Shown one piece after another: positions 46,545 through 59,700 of a DNA stretch of 64,000 bases. The stretch comes from Hormiphora californensis. Its lineage: Eukaryota > Animalia > Ctenophora. The translations under genes were made by a program, and so were the position numbers. The notes beneath the pieces were generated by a model that was not told where the DNA came from, did not search any database, and worked only from the letters and a program-made list of their open reading frames with translations. The first letter of the stretch is position 1, and each line of letters opens with the position of its first letter. The stretch is taken from contig CM035352.1 in assembly GCA_020137815.1 (NCBI GenBank), positions 7,502,001 through 7,566,000 of the forward strand. Reading direction: 5' to 3'.

Positions 46545-49410
46545 TCTCTCTCTTCCTCTCTCTCTCTCTCTCTCTCTCTCTCCTCGTTCTCTCCTCTCCT
46601 CCTCGTTCCAGTGCTCTCTCTCTCTCTCTCTCTCCTCCTACAGGATCTGTCCATCAACAGAAAGTACCACAGCCCTGTAGAGGTGAATTGAGTAGTCGGA
46701 TGTTGTGTGAGTGCCTCACTCTCCTCCCTGGTTCCAGTGCAGCCCCACTCAGCATGGACGATCTCCTTCCAATCCTGAATTATCTTGTCATCAAATCAGA
46801 AATACCAAACTGGTAAGATTTGAAATGTAGAACTTCGAGATAAAGTCGGATTTTTTGAAGTTGTCACCCCCCTTCTCGTGCGCGGAATGTTTTTGCGCGT
46901 CACATCACATGTTAACGTGTGGTGTGCGCATCAAAATTGATAAATTTCACATGCGCGGTCGTTTGGGGGTGAAAACTTCAAAAAATCCGACTTTAATACT
47001 TGAAATGTAGAAGATAATACCTCTGTACCTTATAGTTTTAAGATAACTACTCCAGTCTTATCGTGTTAACTAACTACATTCTTTAATAGGTTGGCAAACA
47101 TATGTTATATGCAACACTTCACCTTTGCTCAATCAACTGATGATCGACACGACTTTACTTTGGTGTGTTTTGAGGCATCCCTACAGCACATTAGAGACGG
47201 AAGTATCACCGTCCCTGTTCCAAGAGGAGGGGAACCTATCTCACTACACGACTCAACATACACTCCTCATGAGATATATAGGAATTGTGTTCTCCTGAAT
47301 CGATGTGATGAAATTGCTGTTATTTTGGGTATGTTGTGTGGCTCACACCGCATTTGAGCGCTCTGTGAGGGTTCGATAGATCAGTATAAGGGTCCTCTTT
47401 GTTATTTAGAGTAAGGTAGTTTCTGATGTATGATTCAAGAGATAGGAGCCCAATATACACCACAAACCAACACCTGACACCTCATTGTCAGGAAGTGTTT
47501 CGACACCTTGTGGTGACTTCACAACGACACCCACCACATCATCTGGTGGTGACAGTGGTGGTCATGAGATGGTGAGCATGGTGTCAAAGTGTCACCCCCT
47601 GTGCTCCTGTGATCGGTGTGAGGGGCTAACACTCCGATGGAGAGACATCCACGTTAATACAACACTAGATGGAACAGGTAGGTGCATTTTAAATTAACAG
47701 GAGACGTGTTCCATCTTCAATCTTATTCCATTCTATCTTCATATTTCCATCTTGCTCCTCATCTCCCTCTGTCTATCTTGCTATCCCTCATCTCTGTCTA
47801 TCTCCCCTCATCCCTCTCCAGGAACTACCGCCCTGCACATAGCAGCACAACACGATTACAGTAGGATGATTGAACTACTAGTAGGAGAGGGGGCTGATGT
47901 AGCGGCACAGGATAGTGCGGGTCGTACCCCACTACATCTGGCAGCTCAACGAGGCTCTGTTGAAACAGTACTGTTACTAACCACACACAAGGTTTATCTT
48001 GCCTTAGAATCTCTGGATAGGGGAATTTGTAATGATTTTGATTTGAAATATCGAATGAGAATCTACTTCCGCAGATGGGTGACCTGTAACCCCCGCTCTA
48101 TTCCAGTACCAGTACCTGTAACCCATCTACCATTTCAGGCCAGTACCAGTGCAGCAGATGGGTCAGGGAGGACACCACTTCATGATATTTGCGAGAGAGG
48201 ACACACTGCTTGCCTCCAGGCCCTAGTTTATCAACACGTTCCTCTGAGAGTTAATATACAAACTCTAAACGGTAAAAACACAGGGATCTATTTGTCATTT
48301 GTCTAATATGGTAGCTGATAAAGCTAATACAAATCAGCCATCATCACTGCGCTGGCAAGCGCAAAGGTGACCCCATCCATCCCCCGAAAAAAATTTCCCC
48401 CAAAAACGGCCCGCTTGCTCACAGCGTATATATAGTTATTTCATACTTTTAGCCCATTTTGGCACTTTTTGACATGCCATAACTCCCGAACTGGAAGAGC
48501 TAGGAAGCTGAAATTTTGTACTTAGAAGCTTCTTGTAGACCTCTATCGATGGTAAAAATTTCAAGTGGCTAGCTCTTTTTGTTCAAAAGTTATAACACCA
48601 CCCCCAAAACAGAAAATTCAGTGTGGGGATAACTAGGTTGATACATATATACATACATACATAGATGTATAGACGCTTTGTTACCTTCCGTTTGGTCCCA
48701 GTTTGAGACGAACCAGACATCGTACGACCTTAAACCAAGCGCCATTCGACAGACAATTGTCTCGTGCATGTACCCATCTGGGTGGCGCCTCTCAATCTTA
48801 CCTATGACGCGCGCAATGACGTCACACGTGACGTCATTGCGCGAGACCGACTAACTTTTTTCAAACGCCTCTAGCACCCTGAAGACGTGTTCCGATTTCT
48901 GATTTGACGAAAAATCGTTACCGGCAAATCGTCTGAACTTTCAGATACTATATAGCAAATTTTCGTAGCTTATCATTTTGAGCCCTTAAATTGCGTCGGA
49001 AGTCAAAAATTTGACGAAAAATTTAGCAAATTGAATGTTTTTCGAGCAAAAACTCCCTTTCCTGACCACTGTGGCCAATGAAACTTTACAAGCTCCTTTG
49101 GGGTATTGATTAAAAATATATCGTGATGCAATTACGTCGTTACGACGTCACTAATTACGTCAAATGACGTCATTATGACGTCTAAAATACGATTTTCAGA
49201 AATTCGTCTCGTTTCTCATATAACGCTGATGCGCTGATCATGAAATAATGTCATGCTGCGATTAGAAACCAAAAAGGGACCTAAATTAAGCCAAAAACTA
49301 ATTGAAATTAGTTGGCGGGAAAGGTGACCCACTTACACCTTTGCCTGCTGCCGGGATCAGGGATATAAATGGTGAATATAATGGAATAAGACAGTGAAAG
49401 AGAGTGTGAT

Positions 49411-49492
<82 letters not shown>

Positions 49493-52400
49493 ACAGGGAG
49501 AGAGAGAGGGATAGAACGAACAGGAATTTAAGTTACCCTCGAAAAATGAGAGATTGAGAATGAGATACCGAGGCATATAATGAGGGTTCGTGGTGATACC
49601 CGGCAGTAGCAAAAGGTGTAAGTGGGTCACCTTTCCCGCCAACTAATTTCAATTAGTTTTTGGCTTAATATATATATCCGTTATGGTAGCTGATAAAGCG
49701 GTGTGTCCCTGTTCCAGTCACACAAATATCTTGACATGTCTGTAACGCGCGAGGTCACCAGTTATTTACACTCGCGCGAGAGTTTGAGAAATAGCGCGCA
49801 TTCCAGGCACCACAAACAAACTGTGTGTCGTAAATTAGTAGAGTCGATAACTACATCGACCTCTCCCAATTGTTCCAGTTTTTGTCACATCAGTTTGGAG
49901 CCTCGACACGACCTCTAAACAGGTGTTACTTTTTCACAAACTGTTTTCATCTTGGTGTAATCAGCAGTTGAAATGTTGTTGATCATAACAAAAACCTGAC
50001 TAAATTTTTTCAACTTGGGGTAAAACCATGGGTGTCAAAAGTTAGCTCTAGGTCCCCTGAGTAACCATCCGGAGACTCCAAGAGATATTTCAAGCCGTTC
50101 TCCTGTAATCATTAATCCCGGTAGAGCACATATTTGAGTATGGACGTACGTGCAATTGCCTACAACCTCAACTTTAATGTATAACGTTAATGTGCGTCTC
50201 TCTCTTTTCTCCCCCTTGAGAAAGAGTTATCTCGCGCGGCGCAACCGCACGTGCGGTTTTTCCAGAGAGAGTGAGAGACATACAATAACATGTAAACAGC
50301 CTGCCAGCGCTCACGTACGTCCGCATTGTATTTTTTTCTCCACCGGGATTAATGATTACGGGAGAACGGCTTGAAAATGGTAAAGCGGCCTGAATAACTG
50401 AACTTGTGGCTTTCAGCAGTAGGCCACCAGATTTAAGATTTAAGATTTACTAGAATGGTCTTCTCGTGTGAATATACTGGTGCGACATTCTGGTGACCCA
50501 GGTCCCAGCGGTTTGAATAACGGAGAATAGTAATATTGCCAGTTTAATGAACAGTTTGTGTTGTTTACCAAATAAATGTGAGGTCTTCAACCAAATTTCA
50601 AAACTACTAAATAACATGCATAGTTATAATAATTGTCCGACACAAATCAAAGGTAATAATTTTCCAATACAATATGTCTTTCTCCACATGTTCTCCCCTT
50701 AGTTGCACATCTTTTTGATTTCCCCGATGCAGTTTCGGGTGCTTGCTTGGACCCTGTTGGACTCCACCGAATCATGGCCATTGAAACCCCAGCTGTGCTT
50801 GCTCCTAATATCAGCATCCTTCCATTGAGTATCAAGCCATTCTTTAAACTCAACCACAGTCATATCTCCCTTAACTTTCTTCTCTATGTCGTTCATTTGT
50901 CTCTTTCCCTCCTCTGCAGCGTTTCTCCAGTTCTCGTTTCGCTTGTAATCTGCCCCTGCGTACCAAGTGTCCATCCATCCTTGGGCCTTAGAGCCCTCGT
51001 CCCTCAGGTGGTTATAATGGGACTTCGCACGATCCAACATCTTCTTGTTATTGGCATGCTTAGAGATCTTGGGAGCAAGTTCCAGAAACTTGGAAGGATT
51101 AAACTCGTTAGCGTCTTCAGCCCATTTACCCTTGAGGTATGCTTCTAGTCCGGCTCCCTTGTCGGCGTCCACTTTCTTAACAAGCTCCCAAATTGGTCTC
51201 AGCGACATGCTGATGGGGTAGGCATTCTCCTCCTCGACAGAGGCCGCCCAATCCTTAGCAACACTATCAGCATCACTATTGGGGCCAAAGGAGCATCCCA
51301 GCCACAGTTTAGTGTTTCCTCCCTGAGCCCTCCACTCAGTTTTCATCTGGCTCTTCTCGTTGCTGGTTCGGTTGCTTACCGAGTTCGATGCTGTCCCAGT
51401 GACTCCCCAGCATCCAGCTCCATAGGAAGCCTCCAACTCGGTCTTCACAGACACTTCATTATCTTCCTTACTGGCCTGCATCGTGTAACTCTTGTTTACC
51501 CTTCCTCCCAGAGTTATATCAGCGGCATAAAACACACCGATCCGAGTTGAAAACTCCTCAAAACTGTGCTCCTTCACTGATTTCCTAAACGCCTCCGTGA
51601 GATACTCGTGGGGGAAATTCTTGAACTGCCCAATGGGAACAACAGAAGCTATACTGGCTACACAATAGGCATCCAGTCGACAAGTTTTGACGCTCTTGTC
51701 AGAACTAGTGCTGACACTCATACTGGCAGACCCAGAGAAGGCCCCGTAGTTACCCTTCACCCCCAGATCAGTTGCAACCTTCTGGCTGGCAGTATTGTTA
51801 CTATCTGAGTAACTAGTTCCCATGCTCATTGTGGAGTTGGGGTTGTATCCAATATCAGTCTCCATGTCCGCCTCGAATATTCTGTCACTCAGTTTGAGGT
51901 GAGAGGGAGAACTGGCATCTACCAGAAAGGAGTAAAATATCGCTTCTTTTGGGTGTTGCATTGTGCACTGTAAATGAGGTATAAGTTAGGATTATCTTCT
52001 GATTTATGTGTTTCTTGATCAGGGGCTTTGTTCAATCAATATTCGCAAACGGAAAGAGCTATCACTGCACAATGCACATCAATAATTGCATACAGTAACT
52101 GGTAGTAACCATATCATGAGTAACCATGACAAAGCAAATTAAAGCAAAGCAAGACGACTAGGATAAATCCAATTCCGGGGTGATGATATCCTTTTTGTTT
52201 GGCAACACGCACTTCTTAAATAGTTCTGGTGTGGTAGTTGCCCACAATCAAAACAACTGCATCACTGATCAAAGGTAATCAGGAAGCTCCAATGTTTAGA
52301 TAGATCTTGTGGTTGGTTGCGGCGTGCAATCAGAAAGTATCATGTGGGTACTAGCAAGCCACTGTCTGTGAATACTCGTTTGTTCAGACTATTCCATCGT

Positions 52401-55400
52401 GACGAAAAAAGAAAAACATTGGTGCTGTGGTCGCATCTATCTAGAAACTTTGAAACGATCAACATAGCTAGCGTTCAGTTTAGGATCAAAATAGGGTTTA
52501 ACTTTGTCACGATCACAGAGAGAAAGTAACACCCCTAAGTCGTATCTTTACTTATTCATCATCCCTAATTGTTTACATAAGGGATCGTAAACGCAATTTA
52601 GTATTAAAACTGAGTAATGTCTTGTTGAATAAGGGGTCTCACCCAACAAGTAATGTCAGTGATATCATCACATCACCCAGGACGGGGAACGGGAGCCTCA
52701 TGGCACCCACCCCTTACTGGCTAGCGTCCTCGTAGAAGAAGAAGAAGATATCATCAAATTCCATTGTCCTATTGGATCAGCCATGTTTACCCCATGTTTC
52801 TTTCAGGTGATACAGCACTCCATCTTGCCACCCGGTACGGGTATGCAGACATTGTCTCTCACCTACTGGACGCTGGAGCCTCAATGGGCATCAGGAATAA
52901 CCATGGTGATACACCTCTCTCTTGTGCCCAAAGCAAATACATCACGCACATCTTACAGGTACCTGTAAAATAACAATACCTGCAATTATTGTTATTTTCT
53001 AACCCTCCTTTACATTCGTAAAACAGGGTTGAGCAACGGGAACTGATCGCTGCACTGTCTACTGATCTGATTCCAGTTGTCAGAGCATTGACCCAATTCT
53101 CATTGCGTGGAGCGTGCGGTCAGAGAAATGGTCTGACAGAAATTGATTGTATTACCCTAATCCACTAATCCTTTCTACTCTCAGTTGTTCAGTTGCGAGT
53201 ACGAGCTCCCACTAATCCACTAATCCTCTCAGTTGTTTAGTAGCGAGTACGAGTTGGAGCAAGTGAGGAAGGGAGGAGAGGGTGGCGGGGGTGGCGAGGA
53301 ACAGGAGAAGTTGTTTCGCTTGTGTGCGGAGGGCGATCTACAGATGATCAAACATAAACTAAACCTGCTGGTAACATATTATTCTGGATGTTTAATTGAA
53401 TTTATATTTGCTTTGGGGTGTTTCTTGTTTTCTTTGTTGGTGAAGTGGAATTTCCAAATTCTAATTCTATAGCAACCCGAATTTCATTTTCACTTCTCGC
53501 AGGACTTCAAGACGAGTCTAATAACACGACCCCTTCTCCTCGCAGGACTTCAAGACGAGTTTGATAACACGACCCCGACTCCGCTCCATCAAGATGAAAT
53601 GCCACCCTCTCTGCCAGTGTGACAAGTGTGATGATTCCGTCTCCCAGAGCCCGGTTTCCAGGGAGCTCCTTTCCAATACGGACCAGTATACCCTGTTACA
53701 CATTGCATCTCTGTACGGCCACCCTGATCTAGCTCTCCTGTTTACTGGACACTTCATATGGATGATGGATGCAGGTAACCATGGGGGGTTGTCATGGTGA
53801 CTAGGATGTAGGTAACCAGGGGGTTGTCACGGTTACAACTGATACAGGTAACTAATTACAATTATTTTCAGTTACAGCCCGACACTCTCTGTCCCCGCTT
53901 CACCTGGCGTGCCAGTACAATCATGATTCTATTGTTGACATCCTCCTCACAGCAGGTATGTTGTCACCATGACAACCCCTCCCTGGCCTGGGTACATGTA
54001 TCTAGGTAAGCAGATGTCTCCAAGCAGATCATATATGTTATCTTCACTACTGCAGGGGCCATATCCCCCATTTTATTTGTAGAAAATTATCTCATAGGAC
54101 CGGGCCGCTTCTTTTCCCACATTCTTATACTCACTCCACAAGTCACAATCACTCACTCTAACAGGGTGTAACGTGAACTGTAGGGACAGCCAAGGCAACA
54201 CACCTCTTCACTACTCCTGTACTAACGGTCACAGTGGATGTGCGGAACTACTTCTCCGGTCAGGGAGCTGTGAGATGGCCCTACCTAACTCTCGAGGAGA
54301 CACACCACTGCACTGCGCTGCCAGGTAACTAGGGGGGTTGCTATGGTGAGATAGAGACACCACTATAACACTGCGCTGCCAGGTAACTAGGGGGGTTGCC
54401 ATGGTGAGATAGAGATACGCCACTACACTGCGCTGCCAGGTAACTAGGGGGGGTTGCTATGGTGAGATAGAGACACCACTACACTGCGCTGCCAGGTAAC
54501 TAGGGGGGGGGTTGCTATGGTGAGATAGAGACACCACTACACTGCGCTGCCAGGTAACTAGGGGGGTTGCCATGGTGAGATAGAGATACGCCGCTACACT
54601 GCGCTGCCAGGTAACTAGGGGGGTTGCTATGGTGAGATAGAGACACCACTACACTGCGCTGCCAGGTAACTAGGGGGGTTGCCATGGTGAGATAGAGATA
54701 CGCCGCTACACTGCGCTGCCAGGTAACTAGGGGGGTTGCCATGGTGAGATAGAGATACGCCGCTACACTGCGCTGCCAGGTAACTAGGGGGGTTGCTATG
54801 GTGAGATAGAGACACGCCACTACACTGCGCTGCCAGGTAACTAGGGGGGGTTGCTATGGTGAGATAGAGACACGCCACTACACTGCGCTGCCAGGTGAGA
54901 TTTCCGGTGCTACGATGCCAGTGCTTCATCACTCACTTCTCCCTTACTTCTCACTTCTCCCTCAGTCATCACTTCTCCCTTACTTCTCACTTCTCCCTCA
55001 GTCATCACTTCTCCCTTACTTCTCACTTCTCCCTCAGTCATCACTTCTCCCTTACTTCTCACTTCTCTCTCTAATCTTATCCACCTTCTTGCCCCTCTCA
55101 ATTCAATACACCCGTGTTTTAGTTGTTGTTACTCAACAAGTGTTTTATAGGTGGGGTCACATAGTTCTGGTGAACATGCTCCTCAAGTTCGGGGCACCTC
55201 CCACTACTCAGAACAAGGATGGTCTTCTCCCCCTACACCTCTCCCAGTTTGATGAGGTATGTTTCTCCCCTTTCACCTCTCCCAGTTTGATGAGGTATGT
55301 TTCTCCCCTTTCACCTCTCCCAGTTTGATGAGGTATGTGTATCATTTCACCCTCTCTTCGAATCAAGGACGGACAATCTCTCCAACCTCTTAGTTGCATG

Positions 55401-56266
55401 TTGTCCTTACTTCTTGCGCATCCGCTATTTCTCTCCTAATGTGTGCCATGATGAGGTATCTCTTAGTTGTCCTTTTTTGTTTTTTACATTGTTCGGTCTT
55501 ACAACCTACTCCGTATTACTACTTACTACCCCTCTATACCCCCCTATTATAGGTGTGTGAGGCCCTCCGAAGATCAATGGGTCTGAATCCAGCCAGCCCT
55601 AGTAGTGGAGATGACGACTTCACTGACTGTAATTCCCACCTTTCAACATCAACAACAGAGGCTATTAACAGGCCAAGTCCGGCCATCACACGGCGGGGTG
55701 CCACCCCTTTATTAATCGCTAATAATAATGATAATAAAGAGGGTAGTGGTGTCACCCCTTTACTAGTCGCTAATAATAATGATAATAACGAGAACAGGGG
55801 TAAAGATGGTGATCAAACACCCCATATGAGAGGTAAAGAGGGTGTTCAAACACCCCATATGAGAGGTAAAGAGGGTGGTGGTGATCACATCAGAAGAGAC
55901 ACTGAGGTAGGGGAGGAAGTGGTGCTGGAGGAAGTGGTGTTGGAGGCGGACACTGGGACATTAGGAGAGGAGGCGGACAAGGGGGTAGTTGAGGAAGGTA
56001 ATGTGGAATATCGTGGAACATCCCCTCCCTTGCAGCAGCACGTGAGGAGGGATACAGAGGTAGGGGAGGAGGCTGATTTGAGTACGGACACTTTGGAAGC
56101 ACTTACCGGCCTCGTCATTTTAGGGGAAGATGAAGAAGTGGGTAGTTTGGGGAGGGAAGAGGAAGACGTGGGTAGTTTAGGGAGGGAAGACGAAGAAGTG
56201 GTGGTAGGGGAAGCAGAGGTAGGGGAAGAGTATCAAGATGTAGAGGAGGGATGGGTGATCGAATAA
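38361..56266 (+). CDS. ANKRD27: VPS9-ankyrin repeat protein VARP, multi-exon host gene
   Basis: N-terminus YDENILENPFF and KILFEET. VPS9 core MDDLLPILNYLVIKSEIPNWLANICYMQHF (46755-47125). Two Zn-fingernail motifs KCHPLCSCDRC (~47587) and KCHPLCQCDKC (~53597). Ankyrin repeats. Acidic last exon 55553-56266. Confidence 0.92.
38567..38712. mobile_element. 146-bp MITE with CAA...TTG ends
   Basis: About 48-bp TIR caacaggagggtttgaggggtgacc / ggtcacccctcaaaccctcctgttg, flanked by the direct repeat cccactctaccc. Confidence 0.85.
39425..44515 (-). CDS. Nested gene: secreted protein with three near-identical pentraxin/LamG-like domains
   Basis: Signal-peptide exon 44515-44458 (MLLSFAVFLLALTSESGA). Three 3-exon modules at about 43432-42069, 41921-41103 and 40306-39425, each with FNEFTLAFWFR, LGTWNHYT.TF, LKIYENG and ALNSD.VASLY. 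GT-AG boundaries are present. Confidence 0.8.
40421..41070 (+). mobile_element. Non-autonomous Helitron, 650 bp
   Basis: 5'-TC start, 3' hairpin ttcgcccgtagggcgaa followed by CTAG, inserted between A and T with no TSD. The empty site gaataa|taatgat is seen in the paralogous intron near 42035. Confidence 0.92.
42527..43066 (-). mobile_element. Helentron-associated (HINE/DINE-like) element
   Basis: Inserted in a T-run. Asymmetric subTIRs tttccctgccc / gggcagggaaa. Terminal hairpin ccgggtgaatgcccgaagggcattcacccgg at one end and gcattatg-tatt-cataatgc at the other. Empty sites in paralogous introns near 39940 and 41558. Confidence 0.82.
43452..44395. repeat. (AACCG)n pentamer array with a higher-order duplication of about 295 bp, probably TE-derived
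   Basis: aaccg units throughout. Blocks 43455-43750 and 43750-44045 are near-identical. Confidence 0.85.
46843..46993. mobile_element. 151-bp TA-TSD MITE, second copy
   Basis: Near-identical to 17782-17932. Confidence 0.9.
49290..49664. mobile_element. TIR element with an internal (GA)n tract, flanked by TTAA
   Basis: About 65-bp TIR gccaaaaactaattgaaattagttggcgggaaaggtgacccacttacacc and its reverse complement. Confidence 0.8.
50088..50376. mobile_element. MITE-like inverted repeat element
   Basis: ttcaagccgttctcctgtaatcattaatcccggt / accgggattaatgattacgggagaacggcttgaa. TSD not resolved. Confidence 0.7.
50699..51961 (-). CDS. Nested gene: MACPF/perforin-like domain protein, intronless, no obvious signal peptide
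   Basis: 420-aa ORF in ANKRD27 intron 48272-52806. TMH-like segments GVKGNYGAFSGSASMSVS and ELEASYGAGCWGVTG. Signature-like IGVFYAADITLGG, plus AQGG, WAASV and PISMSLRPIWELV. Confidence 0.82.
   Translation of the reverse strand: MQHPKEAIFYSFLVDASSPSHLKLSDRIFEADMETDIGYNPNSTMSMGTSYSDSNNTASQKVATDLGVKGNYGAFSGSASMSVSTSSDKSVKTCRLDAYCVASIASVVPIGQFKNFPHEYLTEAFRKSVKEHSFEEFSTRIGVFYAADITLGGRVNKSYTMQASKEDNEVSVKTELEASYGAGCWGVTGTASNSVSNRTSNEKSQMKTEWRAQGGNTKLWLGCSFGPNSDADSVAKDWAASVEEENAYPISMSLRPIWELVKKVDADKGAGLEAYLKGKWAEDANEFNPSKFLELAPKISKHANNKKMLDRAKSHYNHLRDEGSKAQGWMDTWYAGADYKRNENWRNAAEEGKRQMNDIEKKVKGDMTVVEFKEWLDTQWKDADIRSKHSWGFNGHDSVESNRVQASTRNCIGEIKKMCN
52671..52746 (+). mobile_element. 5'-truncated retroposon 3' end with a (GAA)n tail
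   Basis: 10-bp TSD gatatcatca at 52661-52670 and 52747-52756. Confidence 0.7.
54295..54900 (+). repeat. About 57-bp tandem repeat, roughly 11 copies, spanning an ANKRD27 splice donor
   Basis: Each unit contains the exon end cactgcgctgccag followed by the gtaact donor. Confidence 0.93.
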
Positions 56267-56744
56267 CAACTTCAGTTAAATGCGGCAACCCGGTCTGAGC
56301 GGGGTCTGTAATTGCCAGATTATTAACTGACCTCAGAAAGGTGCTATGAAGTTTGAACAATTTGGACTGCGTGAGTTTTTATCTCTTATTCTATGTTGCT
56401 AATGTGTCTTTTTGTGAATTGTGATATATTTCGTTTACTATACAGTGCTGTTTGCTTTGCTACTATCCATACTACATATTATATCTTTACCCCATCTTCA
56501 CTCTATGATTAACTCCCTAATATTCTATAGCTATGGAGTGAAGAATAACAAGTCAGCTCTAGCTTGTAGCCAACAGTCCAGTTCTGATCAACAGTAGATC
56601 GACTAAAAAAGCACTCCAATCTACACCGAACCTCCTGGAAAGAAAGAAAAAAGAATAGCAGCGTCAGAAGAGCTGGGAACTGAGAGGGAGTTGTTTCTGT
56701 TGCAGTGACGTCATCAGAAGGGTTGTTTCTGTTGCAGTGACGTC

Positions 56745-59700
56745 ATGCCATGGCAGGCGTTTGTTTACGGTGGTATGGCTGCAATGACTGCTGAGGCAAT
56801 AACATTCCCCATTGACATGAGCAAAACACGGCTCCAGATTCAGGTACGGTACAGTATGTTATGTAGTTAAATAGGAATTTATAGAGTTGTTTTGGGCTGT
56901 TATTAGGGCCTATATTATCCTGTTTTCTCTCTCTCCTGTAGGGTAAAGTGTTTTAATCCTCTCTCCCTCTCCTGTAGGGTCAAGTGGCAGATGCTCGACA
57001 CACCTCCCTCAAGTACAGGGGCATGTTCCACACTATAGGAAGTGTGGCACGGACCGAGGGGCCTGGGTCACTATTCAGGGGTGTCAAGTTTGCACTACTC
57101 CGACAGGGAACTTATGGAACTATCAGATTAGGTAATGTTTGTATACAGTGTTTCATAATGAGCCACCTCATTAGACTAACCTAACTGGTCCACTATTATC
57201 CCACTATTCTCTGGTCGATCGATATGATACCTGATACCTGACTGGGAGGTTGCTTGATTATTAGCATGATTGATATTATGTGTCAAGCGACACAACTGCT
57301 GCATGTAGCATGATAGACAGATAGAGGCCGCCTACGCAGCCATGGATTATGTCCCAATCGATCGCGATCTATCCCCCTCTATATAATTCTAATGTTTGTG
57401 CCAGAGATTCGGTGCATACCATGTCGCAAGTCGCAACATAAGTGTCGCAACAAATAAACAGATTAATACAATCATTGATAATAGTAGGTCGCAATAAATA
57501 ATATTAATAAAACCACAACCAACATGGAATTGTCCCCCAGAATGTCTCCCCCGGAATGAATTGAATCACTCTGACCACTATATCTCGCCCAGGAACCTAA
57601 CCCATATCACATCTCCCCACATCTCCCCCTCACATCCCCTCCCCTCCCCCAGGAATATACTACAGTACAAAGGAGAGGTGGGAGAAAGCTAACTCATATC
57701 CCCACATCTCCCCCCTCACATCTCCCCTCCCCCAGGAATATACTACAGTACAAAGGAGCGGTGGGAGACAGCTAACCCATATCCCATCTCCCCACATCTC
57801 CCCCTCACATCTCCCCTCCCCCAGGAATATACTACAGTACCAAGGAGAGGTGGGAGAAAGCTAACCCTGGTGCCAAGATGCCATTACCCCAACTGGTGCT
57901 ATTGGGCGGGTTTGCGGGGGTAGTGGGATCCTATGTTACCACCCCTACTGATGTTATGAGGGTGAGAATGCAGGCTACCCAACAAACATCCTCTGCACCA
58001 CTGATACGGAGCTTTCTACAGATATATAAATGTGAAGGTACAAATAATGTATTGCTTGACTATTCTTGAGTCTCATGATCGATAATAGTTCATGTGTTGA
58101 TTGGAAAAGTTAGACTCCAATAATATCCAGCGAGTCTAACTTGTCCAATCAACACATGAACTATAATGCGAAGGTACAAAACATGCAACCCCCTACCCCT
58201 TAAATTGTTTGTTCGATCCTCTCTCTCAGCACACCGCATTTGGAAATAGTTTTTCTCAGCCCCGGTCTCCAAGAATCACCCAGCCCAGCTTTTACGAATC
58301 TCCCTCCCCCAGGTCTAAAGGGCTTGTACAGGGGAGCGGTACCAAACGCACAGCGTGCAGCCGTTGTTAATGGTGTTCAAATTCCAACGTATGACGTCAC
58401 AAAACGAAATCTACTATCTCTAGGTTTGGAGGTATGTAAAAACTCTCCCTAGGTTACCATGGTTACCATGGTGAGGTATGTAAAAACTCTCTCTAGATTT
58501 GAAGGTATGCAAAAATAACAAATTACTACAATTTACTACAAACAAAAGATTACATTTTTAGAGTCCCTGAGACTGCTACATCGAGAGTCAGCTAAAAAAT
58601 TCACAAAAATTAACATCTCTCACTCTTACTTCTTCATCAACTGTTTCAAATTTCACCTCGTTCACTCCGCGCCAGGCGGGGGATCTGGTGGAGGAGATCT
58701 CATGGTTACCAGTTCACTCCGTGCCGGGCGGGGGAGGGGGAGGGGGATGTGGTGGGGGTGGTGTCTTATCATCAAATGTTCCATATTTGGGTGGGTTATT
58801 GGGCCCCTGATCATCGGGCAGCTCAGGATATAGAACTTGATTAGATACCGCTGCTGCCATTCTCTCCTGTAACGCCATACTAATCCTCACCTCTCTCCTG
58901 GCAGCACTGACCGCATCATCGGTACCCTTGAAATTAGGGATCACCACCCCGAACCGTTCACAATCCTCACTTAGCTCCATACTCAGACCCACACTAAATA
59001 GCAGGATCTTCTCGCTGTGGCATCCCTCAGAGAGGGACTTGAGTGCCTCAAAGGCGGTGATATCTAACTCACTGAACCGAGACATGTCCAGGATAATGGC
59101 TGTTACTGTTGTGGAGTGGGAAAACAGGAACCTCTTTCTCTCCCAGTACATAGCCTCCTCGGTCTTCTCTTTAACATAGTTGGTAGAGAGATAGTTCCAC
59201 CCACTCTCAGGCTCCACCAGGATAATACCCTCTCCCATATCGTGCACGTGGGTAGTAGGTCTGAGGTTCTTTGCCACAACCAGGATCAGATCAAACCCAA
59301 CACCAATGGCAATACCATACTCAACACCCAGAGCTAGAACACATACAAACGTTACCAGCCAGGATATGGTCCCCAGTTTCCGAACCCTCCACATTCGGAC
59401 AGGAACACAGAAATTCACCATGAACACAACAGCAAAGATGATAACTGCTGCTAGTACCGCCATGGGGATGTAGTAGAATATAGAGGTCAGGAAAAGGAGA
59501 CAGAGAACAACTATTAAACCAGTATAGAACCCTGCGAAGGGGGTCCTACTCCCACTCTCACTTTGCACAGATGAGCGGGAGAATGATCCAGTTACCGGGT
59601 AACACAGGAAGAATGAACCGATGACGTTAGCCGTTCCTATAGCAACCATCTCTTGACTGTTATCAACCTCATACCTGTTCTTCTTCCCAAACGCAGTGGC

